A stretch of DNA of 64,000 nucleotides. Source: Prevotella sp. (GTDB lineage Bacteria > Bacteroidota > Bacteroidia > Bacteroidales > Bacteroidaceae). The position numbers and the translations under genes are program-made. Each line of letters begins with the position of its first letter. Position 1 is the first letter of the stretch. This document shows, piece by piece, positions 55,827 to 64,000 of the stretch. Under the pieces are notes generated by a model. The model was not told the origin of the DNA and ran no database searches. It saw nothing but the letters and a program-made list of their open reading frames with translations. The stretch is taken from contig JAGCPV010000041.1 of assembly GCA_017965475.1 (NCBI GenBank), positions 48,620 through 112,619 of the forward strand, given 5' to 3'.

Positions 55827-55831
55827 AGATT

Positions 55832-57337
55832 ATGAGCGACAGATTATTTATTTTCGACACAACACTCCGGGACGGAGAACAGGTACCAGGCTGCCAGTTG
55901 AACACCGTGGAGAAGATTCAGGTGGCCAAAGCGCTGGAGCAGTTGGGCGTGGATGTCATCGAGGCCGGATTCCCTATCTCGAGTCCGGGTGACTTCAACA
56001 GTGTGATAGAGATTTCCAAGGCTGTCACCTGGCCGGTGATCTGTGCACTGACACGGGCTGTGGAACGCGATATCGATGTGGCCTTCGATGCCCTGAAGTA
56101 TGCCAAGCATAAGCGTATCCATACGGGTATCGGTACCTCCGACGAGCATATCCTGTATAAGTTCAACTCCACCCGTGAGGAGATTCTCGAACGGGCTGTG
56201 GCGGCTACGAAATATGCCAAACGGTTCGTCGATGACGTGGAGTTCTACTGTGAGGACGCTGGGCGTACGGATAATGAGTACCTGGCACAGGTGGTGGAGG
56301 CCGTGATCAAGGCTGGTGCCACAGTCGTCAATATCCCCGATACCACTGGCTACTGTCTGCCGCAGGAGTATTTTGAGAAGATCAAATATCTGAAAGAACA
56401 TGTCGATAACATTGATAAGGCCATCATCTCTACCCATTGTCATAATGACCTCGGCATGGCAACGGCCAACACCTTCAACGGTGTGATGGCGGGAGCCCGA
56501 CAAGTGGAGGTTACCATCAACGGCATCGGCGAACGGGCAGGCAATACATCGTTGGAGGAGATCGCCATGATCCTGAAGTGCCACAAACGGTTGGGTATTG
56601 AGACGAATATCAACACCACGAAGATATATCCGACATCGAGGATGGTCTCTTCGCTTATGAACATGCCCGTGCAACCAAATAAGGCCATTGTGGGACGTAA
56701 TGCCTTCGCCCATTCCTCCGGAATCCACCAGGACGGTGTGCTGAAAAACGTACAGACCTATGAGATCATGGATCCCAAGGATGTGGGTATCGACGACAAC
56801 AGCATCGTACTGACGGCCCGCTCTGGTCGTGCAGCCTTGAAACATCGTCTGCATGTGAACGGTGTGGAACTTGAGGAGCATAAGTTGGATACGGTCTATG
56901 AGAAGTTCCTGTTGCTGGCCGACCAGAAGAAGGAGGTGACGGATGCCGATGTGCTGATGTTGGCTGGTGCTGATATGGCCGAGACTCACGCCGTCAAACT
57001 CGACTTCTTGCAGGTGACCTCGGGTAAGGGCGTGAAGAATGTCGCCAGCATCGGACTGGATATCAGTGGTCAGAAGTTTGAGGCGGCAGCCTCTGGTAAT
57101 GGTCCTGTGGATGCTGCCATCAAGGCCCTGAAGAAGATCATCATGAAGCAGATGACCCTGAAGGAATTTACCATTCAGGCTATCTCGAAAGGCTCGGACG
57201 ATGTGGGTAAGGTCCACATGCAGGTGGAGTACGACGGCTCGCTCTACTACGGCTTCGGAGCCAATACGGATATCGTGACGGCTTCGGTGGAGGCATATAT
57301 AGACTGTATCAATAAATTTAAGGTAGAGGATAATTGA
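55832..57337 (+). CDS. leuA: 2-isopropylmalate synthase
   Basis: [41 protein letters not shown] motifs. Confidence 0.96.
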   Translation: MSDRLFIFDTTLRDGEQVPGCQLNTVEKIQVAKALEQLGVDVIEAGFPISSPGDFNSVIEISKAVTWPVICALTRAVERDIDVAFDALKYAKHKRIHTGIGTSDEHILYKFNSTREEILERAVAATKYAKRFVDDVEFYCEDAGRTDNEYLAQVVEAVIKAGATVVNIPDTTGYCLPQEYFEKIKYLKEHVDNIDKAIISTHCHNDLGMATANTFNGVMAGARQVEVTINGIGERAGNTSLEEIAMILKCHKRLGIETNINTTKIYPTSRMVSSLMNMPVQPNKAIVGRNAFAHSSGIHQDGVLKNVQTYEIMDPKDVGIDDNSIVLTARSGRAALKHRLHVNGVELEEHKLDTVYEKFLLLADQKKEVTDADVLMLAGADMAETHAVKLDFLQVTSGKGVKNVASIGLDISGQKFEAAASGNGPVDAAIKALKKIIMKQMTLKEFTIQAISKGSDDVGKVHMQVEYDGSLYYGFGANTDIVTASVEAYIDCINKFKVEDN

Positions 57338-57338
57338 T

Positions 57339-58715
57339 ATGAATACATTATTCGATAAGATATGGGACCAGCACGTGGTGCAACAGGTGGCCGACGGTCC
57401 TACACAGTTATATATCGATCGTCTGTACTGTCATGAGGTGACCTCGCCCCAGGCGTTCGACGGGATGAGGGCCCGTGGACTAAAGTGCTTTCGTCCGGAG
57501 AAGATCTATTGTATGCCTGATCACAACACCCCGACGCATGATCAGGACAAACCCATTGCCGATCCCGTGTCGAAGACGCAAGTGGATACATTGGCGAAGA
57601 ACGCCGAGGAGTTTGGACTGACGCACTACGGCATGATGTCAAAGGACAACGGTATCATCCACGTCGTAGGACCTGAGAAGGGACTGTCGTTGCCCGGTAT
57701 GACGATTGTCTGTGGCGACTCTCATACCTCCACGCATGGTGCGATGGGAGCCGTGGCCTTTGGCATAGGCACCTCAGAGGTGGAGATGGTGATGGCCTCA
57801 CAGTGTATCCTCCAACAGAAGCCCAAGTCGATGCGTATCACCATTCATGGTATGCTGGACAAGGGTGTGACGGCGAAGGATGTGGCACTCTACCTGATGG
57901 CACAGCTGACGACGAGCGGGGCTACGGGCTATTTCGTCGAATATGCTGGTTCGACGGTCAAGGCCATGTCGATGGAAGGCAGGCTGACACTCTGCAACCT
58001 CTCCATTGAGATGGGGGCTCGTGGCGGAATGGTTGCGCCGGATATGACGACCTTCAATTATATCAAAGGTCGTGAGTTCGCACCGAAGGGTGAGGACTGG
58101 GACAAGGCCGTTGCCTACTGGAAGACATTGAAGAGCGGTGATGATGCCGTGTTCGACAAGGAACTGACGTTTGATGCCGCAGACATCGAACCCCGTATCA
58201 CCTATGGTACTAACCCGGGTATGGGTATCGGCATCACGGAGGCTATCCCGACAGAGGATGGCGTGGGCTTCGAGAAGGCTCTTGACTATATGGGATTCAA
58301 ACCTGGACAGACGTTGCTCGGTACGAAGGTCGATTATGTCTTTCTGGGTGCTTGTACCAATGGACGTATTGAAGACTTCCGGGCCTTTGCCTCTATCGTG
58401 GCAGGACGACGCAAGGCTGATGATGTCGTCGCATGGCTTGTCCCTGGTTCGTGGGCCGTCGATCAGCAGATCCGTGAGGAGGGACTCGACGAAATTCTCT
58501 CTGAGGCTGGTTTCGAGATCCGTCAGCCGGGCTGTTCGGCCTGTCTGGCAATGAACGATGACAAGATACCAGCAGGTAAACTGAGTGTCTCGACCTCTAA
58601 CCGTAATTTCGAAGGACGTCAGGGACCCGGTGCCCGAACGATTCTAGCTTCGCCCTTGGTAGCTGCTGCTGCCGCTGTGACAGGCGTTATCACTGACCCG
58701 AGAGAGTTACTATAA
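57339..58715 (+). CDS. leuC: 3-isopropylmalate dehydratase large subunit
   Basis: [41 protein letters not shown] motifs. Confidence 0.97.
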   Translation: MNTLFDKIWDQHVVQQVADGPTQLYIDRLYCHEVTSPQAFDGMRARGLKCFRPEKIYCMPDHNTPTHDQDKPIADPVSKTQVDTLAKNAEEFGLTHYGMMSKDNGIIHVVGPEKGLSLPGMTIVCGDSHTSTHGAMGAVAFGIGTSEVEMVMASQCILQQKPKSMRITIHGMLDKGVTAKDVALYLMAQLTTSGATGYFVEYAGSTVKAMSMEGRLTLCNLSIEMGARGGMVAPDMTTFNYIKGREFAPKGEDWDKAVAYWKTLKSGDDAVFDKELTFDAADIEPRITYGTNPGMGIGITEAIPTEDGVGFEKALDYMGFKPGQTLLGTKVDYVFLGACTNGRIEDFRAFASIVAGRRKADDVVAWLVPGSWAVDQQIREEGLDEILSEAGFEIRQPGCSACLAMNDDKIPAGKLSVSTSNRNFEGRQGPGARTILASPLVAAAAAVTGVITDPRELL

Positions 58716-58726
58716 AGTTGAACAAA

Positions 58727-59323
58727 ATGAAACAGAAATTCAATATAATAACATCGACCTGTGTACCCCTTCCCCTGGAGAATGTGGATACCGACCAGAT
58801 TATCCCAGCCCGTTTCCTGAAAGCGACGACGAGGGAGGAGAAATTCTTCGGCGACAACTTGTTCCGTGACTGGCGTTTCAACGCTGACGGTTCGTTGAAT
58901 AAGGACTTCGTGCTCAACGACCCCACCTATTCAGGCTGCATCCTGGTGGCTAGCAAGAACTTCGGCTCGGGATCGAGTCGCGAACACGCAGCGTGGGCGA
59001 TCGCAGGTTATGGTTTCCGTGTGGTCATCAGCAGTTTCTTTGCCGATATCCACAAGAACAACGAACTGAACAACTTCGTGCTGCCCGTGGTGGTGAGTGA
59101 GCCCTTCTTGGAAGAATTATTCCGGACCATCCGGACAAATCCGGAATCTCTGGTAACTGTCGATCTGCCGAACCAGACGGTGACGAACAATGCCACGGGA
59201 AAGAGCGAGCACTTTGAGATCAATGGCTATAAGAAACACTGTCTGATGAACGGTCTTGATGACATCGACTTCCTCGTACAGAATAAAGAAAAGACAGAAC
59301 AATGGGAACAAGTGAACAAATAA
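58727..59323 (+). CDS. leuD: 3-isopropylmalate dehydratase small subunit
   Basis: NVDTDQIIPARFL, NFGSGSSREHA, NGLDDI motifs. Confidence 0.96.
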   Translation: MKQKFNIITSTCVPLPLENVDTDQIIPARFLKATTREEKFFGDNLFRDWRFNADGSLNKDFVLNDPTYSGCILVASKNFGSGSSREHAAWAIAGYGFRVVISSFFADIHKNNELNNFVLPVVVSEPFLEELFRTIRTNPESLVTVDLPNQTVTNNATGKSEHFEINGYKKHCLMNGLDDIDFLVQNKEKTEQWEQVNK

Positions 59324-59325
59324 AC

Positions 59326-60876
59326 ATGTATCAGCGCATACAGCCGTTCGTGGAGATTTTGGATTCCACGTTGCGTGATGGTGAGCAGACGAGTGGCGTA
59401 AGTTTCCTGCCGCACGAGAAACTGATCATCGCCCGTATGCTATTGCGCGATCTGAATGTGGATCGCATCGAGGTGGCCTCGGCGCGTGTCTCTGAGGGCG
59501 AGAAGGAGGCCGTGAGCATGATCTGCCGCTATGCCCGTCAGATCGATATGTTGGATAGGGTAGAGGTGCTGGGCTTCGTGGATAGCGGACAGAGTGTCGA
59601 TTGGGTGGAGTCGTGCGGTTGCAAGACCATCAACCTGTTGGCGAAAGGCTCCCTGCGCCATTGTCAGGAACAGTTGCACAAGACGCCGCAGGAACATATC
59701 GACGATATCGTCAAAGAAGTAAAGTACGCCCGCGAAAAGGGACTCACCGTGAACCTCTATCTGGAGGATTGGTCGAATGGCATGAAGGACTCGCCCTCGT
59801 ATGTCTATGGTCTGATGGATCAGCTCTGCGACATCGGCATCCGACGGTTTATGTTGCCTGACACCCTCGGCATCATGAATCCCCTGCAGTGCATCGAGTA
59901 TTTCCGTAAGATGATCAAGCGCTATGCCGATACCCACTTCGACTTCCATGCCCATAACGACTACGATCTGGCCGTCTCCAACTCACTGGCTGCCGTACTC
60001 AGTGGGGCAAAGGGACTGCATGTGACGGTGAACGGTCTGGGTGAGCGTTGTGGTAATGCCCCCTTGTCGAGTGTGCAGGTGATCCTCAAGGATCAGTTCC
60101 ATGCCAAGACGAACATTATTGAGAACAAGCTCAACGATATCTCCCGTCTGGTGGAGAGCTACAGCGGTATCGCCGTGGCACCCAATCAGCCGATCATCGG
60201 TGATAATGTCTTCACGCAGGTGGCTGGTGTCCATGCCGATGGTGACAAAAAGAATGGACTCTATCAGAACGAACTGGTTCCTGAACGCTTTGGTCGTAAG
60301 AGGGAGTATGCCTTGGGTAAGAACAGCGGACGGGCGAACATCACTAAGAACCTGGAGGAGTTGGGACTGGAACTTACACCCGAGCAGACGAAGCGCGTCA
60401 CCCAACGTATCACCGAACTGGGTGACAAGAAGGAGATCGTGACGCAGGAAGACTTGCCCTTCATCGTGAGTGACGTGCTGAAACACGATGCGCCAGAGGA
60501 TAAGGTGAAGTTGGTAAGTTATGTGGTCTCAACGGCTTACGGTTTGAAGCCCGGTGCCAATATTAAGGTTGAGATCAACGGTCAGGAGTACGAGGCCTCA
60601 GCCACAGGCGATGGTCAGTACGACGCCTTTGTGAAGTCGTTGCGTTATATCTATAAGAAGTACCTCGACCGTACGTTCCCTATCCTGCAGAACTACCAGG
60701 TGAGCATCCCACCGGGTGGTCGTACCGATGCCTTGGTGCAGACTGTCATCACCTGGAACGACAACGGTAAGATTCTCCGTACGCGAGGTCTCGATGCCGA
60801 CCAGACGGAAGCGGCCATCAAGGCGACGTTCAAGATGCTGAATATTTACGAAAAAGAACAAAATAACGAGTTATGA
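59326..60876 (+). CDS. cimA: probable citramalate synthase (LeuA paralogue)
   Basis: [30 protein letters not shown] motifs; second LeuA-family gene inside the leu operon. Confidence 0.8.
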   Translation: MYQRIQPFVEILDSTLRDGEQTSGVSFLPHEKLIIARMLLRDLNVDRIEVASARVSEGEKEAVSMICRYARQIDMLDRVEVLGFVDSGQSVDWVESCGCKTINLLAKGSLRHCQEQLHKTPQEHIDDIVKEVKYAREKGLTVNLYLEDWSNGMKDSPSYVYGLMDQLCDIGIRRFMLPDTLGIMNPLQCIEYFRKMIKRYADTHFDFHAHNDYDLAVSNSLAAVLSGAKGLHVTVNGLGERCGNAPLSSVQVILKDQFHAKTNIIENKLNDISRLVESYSGIAVAPNQPIIGDNVFTQVAGVHADGDKKNGLYQNELVPERFGRKREYALGKNSGRANITKNLEELGLELTPEQTKRVTQRITELGDKKEIVTQEDLPFIVSDVLKHDAPEDKVKLVSYVVSTAYGLKPGANIKVEINGQEYEASATGDGQYDAFVKSLRYIYKKYLDRTFPILQNYQVSIPPGGRTDALVQTVITWNDNGKILRTRGLDADQTEAAIKATFKMLNIYEKEQNNEL

Positions 60877-61934
60877 AACTGAAGATTGCGATATTGGCGG
60901 GCGATGGTATCGGCCCGGAGATCATGAGACAAGGTGTGGCTGTGCTCGATGCGATAGCAGGGAAATTCGGTCACGAGTTTGAATACGAGGAAGCCATCTG
61001 TGGCGCCCATGCCATCGACGAGGTGGGCGATCCTTATCCCGATGCCACCCATGAGGTGTGCATGCGAGCTGATGCCGTACTCTTTGCAGCCGTCGGCGAT
61101 CTGAAGTACGACCACGATCCTACGGCGAAGATCCGTCCGGAGGTGGGGCTCTTGGCGATGCGAAAGAAACTGGGTCTTTTCGCCAACGTACGTCCGGTGG
61201 CAACCTTCGACTGTCTGTTGCATAAGTCACCGTTGAAGGATGAACTGATCCGGGGGGCCGACTTCGTGGTGCTGCGCGAACTCACGGGTGGCATGTACTT
61301 CGGAGAGCGTCATCAGGACAATGATATGGCCTACGACACGGATATCTATACCCGTCCCGAGATCGAACGTATCGTGAAACTGGGCTTCGAGATGGCGATG
61401 AAACGCAACAAGCACCTCACTGTGGTTGATAAGGCCAACATCCTGGCCAGTTCCCGTCTATGGCGCCAGATCGCCAAAGAGATAGAACCTCAGTATCCGG
61501 AGGTCACCACCGACTATATGTTCATCGACAATGCCTCGATGCGTGTACTCACGGAACCCCGTTTCTTCGACGTCATCGTCACAGAGAACACCTTCGGTGA
61601 TATCCTCACTGACGAGACTGCCTGTATCACAGGTTCGATGGGTCTTCAGCCCTCGGCATCACTGGGTGAGCACACGCCGCTCTTTGAACCTGTCCATGGC
61701 TCTTGGCCGCAGGCTGCCGGTCAGAATATCGCCAATCCACTGGCACAGATCCTGTCTGCCGCCATGTTGCTGGAGCACTTCGGACTGGATAAGGAGGGTG
61801 CCTTGGTACGTGAGGCCGTCAATGCCTCGCTCGACGCCAATGTCCGTACGCCTGAGATTCAGGTCGAGGGCGGCGTGAAGTACGGCACCCGCGAGGTAGG
61901 TGAGTGGATTGTCAAATTTATCAAGCAGAAATGA
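60873..61934 (+). CDS. leuB: 3-isopropylmalate dehydrogenase
   Basis: [38 protein letters not shown] motifs. Confidence 0.97.
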   Translation: MKLKIAILAGDGIGPEIMRQGVAVLDAIAGKFGHEFEYEEAICGAHAIDEVGDPYPDATHEVCMRADAVLFAAVGDLKYDHDPTAKIRPEVGLLAMRKKLGLFANVRPVATFDCLLHKSPLKDELIRGADFVVLRELTGGMYFGERHQDNDMAYDTDIYTRPEIERIVKLGFEMAMKRNKHLTVVDKANILASSRLWRQIAKEIEPQYPEVTTDYMFIDNASMRVLTEPRFFDVIVTENTFGDILTDETACITGSMGLQPSASLGEHTPLFEPVHGSWPQAAGQNIANPLAQILSAAMLLEHFGLDKEGALVREAVNASLDANVRTPEIQVEGGVKYGTREVGEWIVKFIKQK

Positions 61935-62614
61935 GGCGGTTTCTAGCATCTCTAGCCTGGCTGGTTCTGCTAGTTCTCCTAGCCAGCCCAGCCTCGGCCC
62001 AGACTCCTCAGGAATGGCGTGACTCCGTCTCTACACTCATCGAGGCGATCCGCCAGAATCCCAACAGCACGGATCTGCGTCTGAAGAAGGCCGAGGCAAA
62101 CATCAACCTCCAGCAGTGGGAATATGCCATCGAGGAATACGGTGATGTGCTCCGTCTTGACGACCGTAATCTGGCGGCTCTCTATTTCCGCGCCTATTGT
62201 CACAGTCAGCTCCGTCATTATGACATGGCGAAAGCCGATTATGATGCATTCCTCGTCATCCAGCCGCAACACTTCGAGGCCCACCTCGGACGGGCACATG
62301 TGTTGCAGAAGATGGGGCGTATGGCTGATGTCCTCGACGAACTGAACCTGATCGTCCAGCAGTTTCCCGACAGTGCCGATGCCTATGCTGCCCGTGCGGC
62401 CTACGAGACGGAACAGAAACTCTACGATGTTGCGCTTTACGACTGGGACGAGGCGATCCGTCTGCGTCCCTCTGTGGCGGATTATTACGTCTCCAAGGCC
62501 GATGTGCTGTTGGGCTTAGGTCGGAAGAAGGATGCCCGTGAGACACTCGATACCCTTGTCCTTCAAGGCACCCCGCGTGGCGCTCTGAAAGAGTGGTACG
62601 ATCGTTGTAAGTAA
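61931..62614 (+). CDS. exported tetratricopeptide repeat protein
   Basis: ATGA overlap with leuB; signal peptide ending ASA-Q; TPR helices. Confidence 0.82.
   Translation: MRRFLASLAWLVLLVLLASPASAQTPQEWRDSVSTLIEAIRQNPNSTDLRLKKAEANINLQQWEYAIEEYGDVLRLDDRNLAALYFRAYCHSQLRHYDMAKADYDAFLVIQPQHFEAHLGRAHVLQKMGRMADVLDELNLIVQQFPDSADAYAARAAYETEQKLYDVALYDWDEAIRLRPSVADYYVSKADVLLGLGRKKDARETLDTLVLQGTPRGALKEWYDRCK
61943..61991. repeat. 9-bp-period CTAG tandem repeat encoding the signal-peptide core
   Basis: CTAG 61943 and 61952, CTGG 61961, CTAG 61970 and 61979, CCAG 61988. Confidence 0.82.
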
Positions 62615-62618
62615 GATC

Positions 62619-63263
62619 TTATTGTAGGTAGGGGTTATGGCGTAGTTCCTCACCGATGGTGGTCTTGGGACCGTGACCGCTATAGACCACCGTCTCGGCA
62701 GGCATGGGGGCGAGGACACTCTGCAGACTGTGCATCAACTCCGAGTAACTGCCGCCGTCGAAGTCCGTACGTCCTACACTCATCTTGAAGAGCGTGTCGC
62801 CAGTGAAGACGATATGCTCTTCTTCGCAGTAGAACACCACACCACCGGGTGAATGTCCTGGGGTCTTCAGCACCTTCAGTTCGTGGTTCCCCAAACGGAT
62901 CACCTCATCCTTCTTGAAGAATCTGCCTACAGGTGGGTATTCCCGTCTGAGGGGTACACCGATCATCGACTGGAACTGTTTGGGCAGGTCACTGATGAGG
63001 TTATTGTCCTCCTCGGCAATCTCCACCTTCAGACCGTAGGTGTTGTAGATGGTGTCATTGCCGAAGTTGTGGTCGAAGTGCCCGTGTGTCGCGAGCAGAT
63101 GCGTGGGCTTCAGGCCGTTCTCGGCGATATAGTTGGTGAGGGCGTCGCGCTCCTGGTCGTAGTAGGCACCGCAGTCGATGATGACACACTCCTTCGTGTC
63201 ATCGCTTACTACGTAGGTGTTCTCCTGGAGCAGGTTGAACATGAATGTCTTAACGTTGAGCAT
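62619..63263 (-). CDS. MBL fold metallo-hydrolase (glyoxalase II-like)
   Basis: THGHFDH, TPGHSPG, TGD, SGHG motifs. Confidence 0.92.
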   Translation of the reverse strand: MLNVKTFMFNLLQENTYVVSDDTKECVIIDCGAYYDQERDALTNYIAENGLKPTHLLATHGHFDHNFGNDTIYNTYGLKVEIAEEDNNLISDLPKQFQSMIGVPLRREYPPVGRFFKKDEVIRLGNHELKVLKTPGHSPGGVVFYCEEEHIVFTGDTLFKMSVGRTDFDGGSYSELMHSLQSVLAPMPAETVVYSGHGPKTTIGEELRHNPYLQ

Positions 63264-63266
63264 AGC

Positions 63267-63893
63267 TTATAGGGGTAGATAGATGACGTGCTTCTCCTTG
63301 AACCACTCCTCATTGAAGAACGTGCTGATGTCCGTCGTCTCCACGATCTTGTGGAAGGGTCTTATCTCCGCCTGCAGGTCGCCGCCCTTCAGACAGATGA
63401 TACCGTTGGGCAGGGCGTTCTTCTGGGTCTTGGAGATATTCTTCCTGACGATCTTCACAAGATTGGGCAGGGGCATCACGGCCCGGCTCACCACGAAGTC
63501 GAACTTCCCCTTCTCGTCCTCACCGCGCAGGTGCTCAGGGTGACAGTTCTTCAGACCGATGGCGTCGCTCACCTCCTGGGCCACGCGGATCTTCTTGCCC
63601 GTGCCATCGATGAGCTTGAACTGGCACTCTGGGAAAAGGATGGCCAACGGGATACCGGGAAACCCGCCACCCGTGCCGAAGTCGAGGATCTCGGTGCCGG
63701 GACGGAACCCGATCGTCTTGGCGATGGCCAGCGAGTGGAGCACGTGGTGCTCGTAGAGCTGGTCGATATCCTTTCGCGAGATTACGTTGATCTTTGCGTT
63801 CCAGTCACGGTAGAGGGTGTCCAGCATCTCGAACTGCCTCAGTTGGTCTGCGGTCAGGTCAGGGAAATACTTGAAGATGATATCTGCGGCCAT
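63267..63893 (-). CDS. rsmG: 16S rRNA m7G527 methyltransferase
   Basis: WNAKINVIS, HVLHSL, DFGTGGGFPGIPLAI, VSRAV, LKG motifs. Confidence 0.95.
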   Translation of the reverse strand: MAADIIFKYFPDLTADQLRQFEMLDTLYRDWNAKINVISRKDIDQLYEHHVLHSLAIAKTIGFRPGTEILDFGTGGGFPGIPLAILFPECQFKLIDGTGKKIRVAQEVSDAIGLKNCHPEHLRGEDEKGKFDFVVSRAVMPLPNLVKIVRKNISKTQKNALPNGIICLKGGDLQAEIRPFHKIVETTDISTFFNEEWFKEKHVIYLPL

Positions 63894-63896
63894 GAG

Positions 63897-64000
63897 TTAA
63901 TATACAAACGAATTCTTCAGGATCTTATCCACGTCACTATAGGGGATAATCAGCTCAGTGCTTCCCATGGCGTAGGGGGCAATCTCGTAGGGGTTATAGA
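63897..64000 (-). CDS. C-terminus of a RsiV/DUF3298-like protein (partial)
   Basis: YNPYEIAPYAMG...IPYS motif, ending at TAA 63897-63899. Confidence 0.65.
   Translation of the reverse strand, partial: YNPYEIAPYAMGSTELIIPYSDVDKILKNSFVY

Noticed and set aside
55844-57217. Long antisense ORFs (457 aa here; also 49844-51064, 48116-49030, 39911-40852)
   Set aside because: They are shadows of well-supported genes caused by codon bias, with no recognisable motifs.
59326-60876. Recent leuA duplication
   Set aside because: It is a highly divergent paralogue with citramalate-synthase-like motifs, a normal Bacteroidales arrangement.

Overview
This is a 64-kb, mostly housekeeping chromosomal segment of a Bacteroidales bacterium. 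It is Prevotella/Xylanibacter-like, judging from TAnnTTTG -7 promoters, the lack of Shine-Dalgarno motifs and the gene orders. It encodes GDP-fucose synthesis (manC-gmd-fcl), mltG-glnS, malQ, ribE, rubrerythrin, a GH5, an OmpA-family protein, ansA, scattered hexuronate genes (uxaC, uxaB, uxuAB), menA, uvrA and uvrB, bamD-rpoZ, AddAB, cstA, nadC, peptidases, the leuA-leuC-leuD-cimA-leuB operon and rsmG. I saw no rRNA, tRNA, CRISPR array, transposase or prophage. Signals that gene annotation does not explain: (1) Several short repeat families sit in-frame inside conserved genes. A 9-bp-period CTAG repeat occurs in malQ, addA and uvrA and appears to encode the signal-peptide core of a TPR protein; CCGG variants occur in ribE and leuD; REP-like palindromes occur in uvrA and in a kinase gene. 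(2) A minimal RiPP-like module comprises a 36-aa ORF, an HPr-kinase-like/S26-peptidase fusion and a PqqD/RRE protein, with no cyclase. (3) A Leu/Ile leader-peptide attenuator precedes the leu-cimA operon. (4) A 6S-like ncRNA lies upstream of ribE. (5) Two inverted copies of a 21-bp-period AAGGA(C/G)TCCTT array lie about 25 kb apart. (6) AT-rich mosaic patches occur in ompA, uvrB and addA. All family calls come from motif recognition, not database searches.
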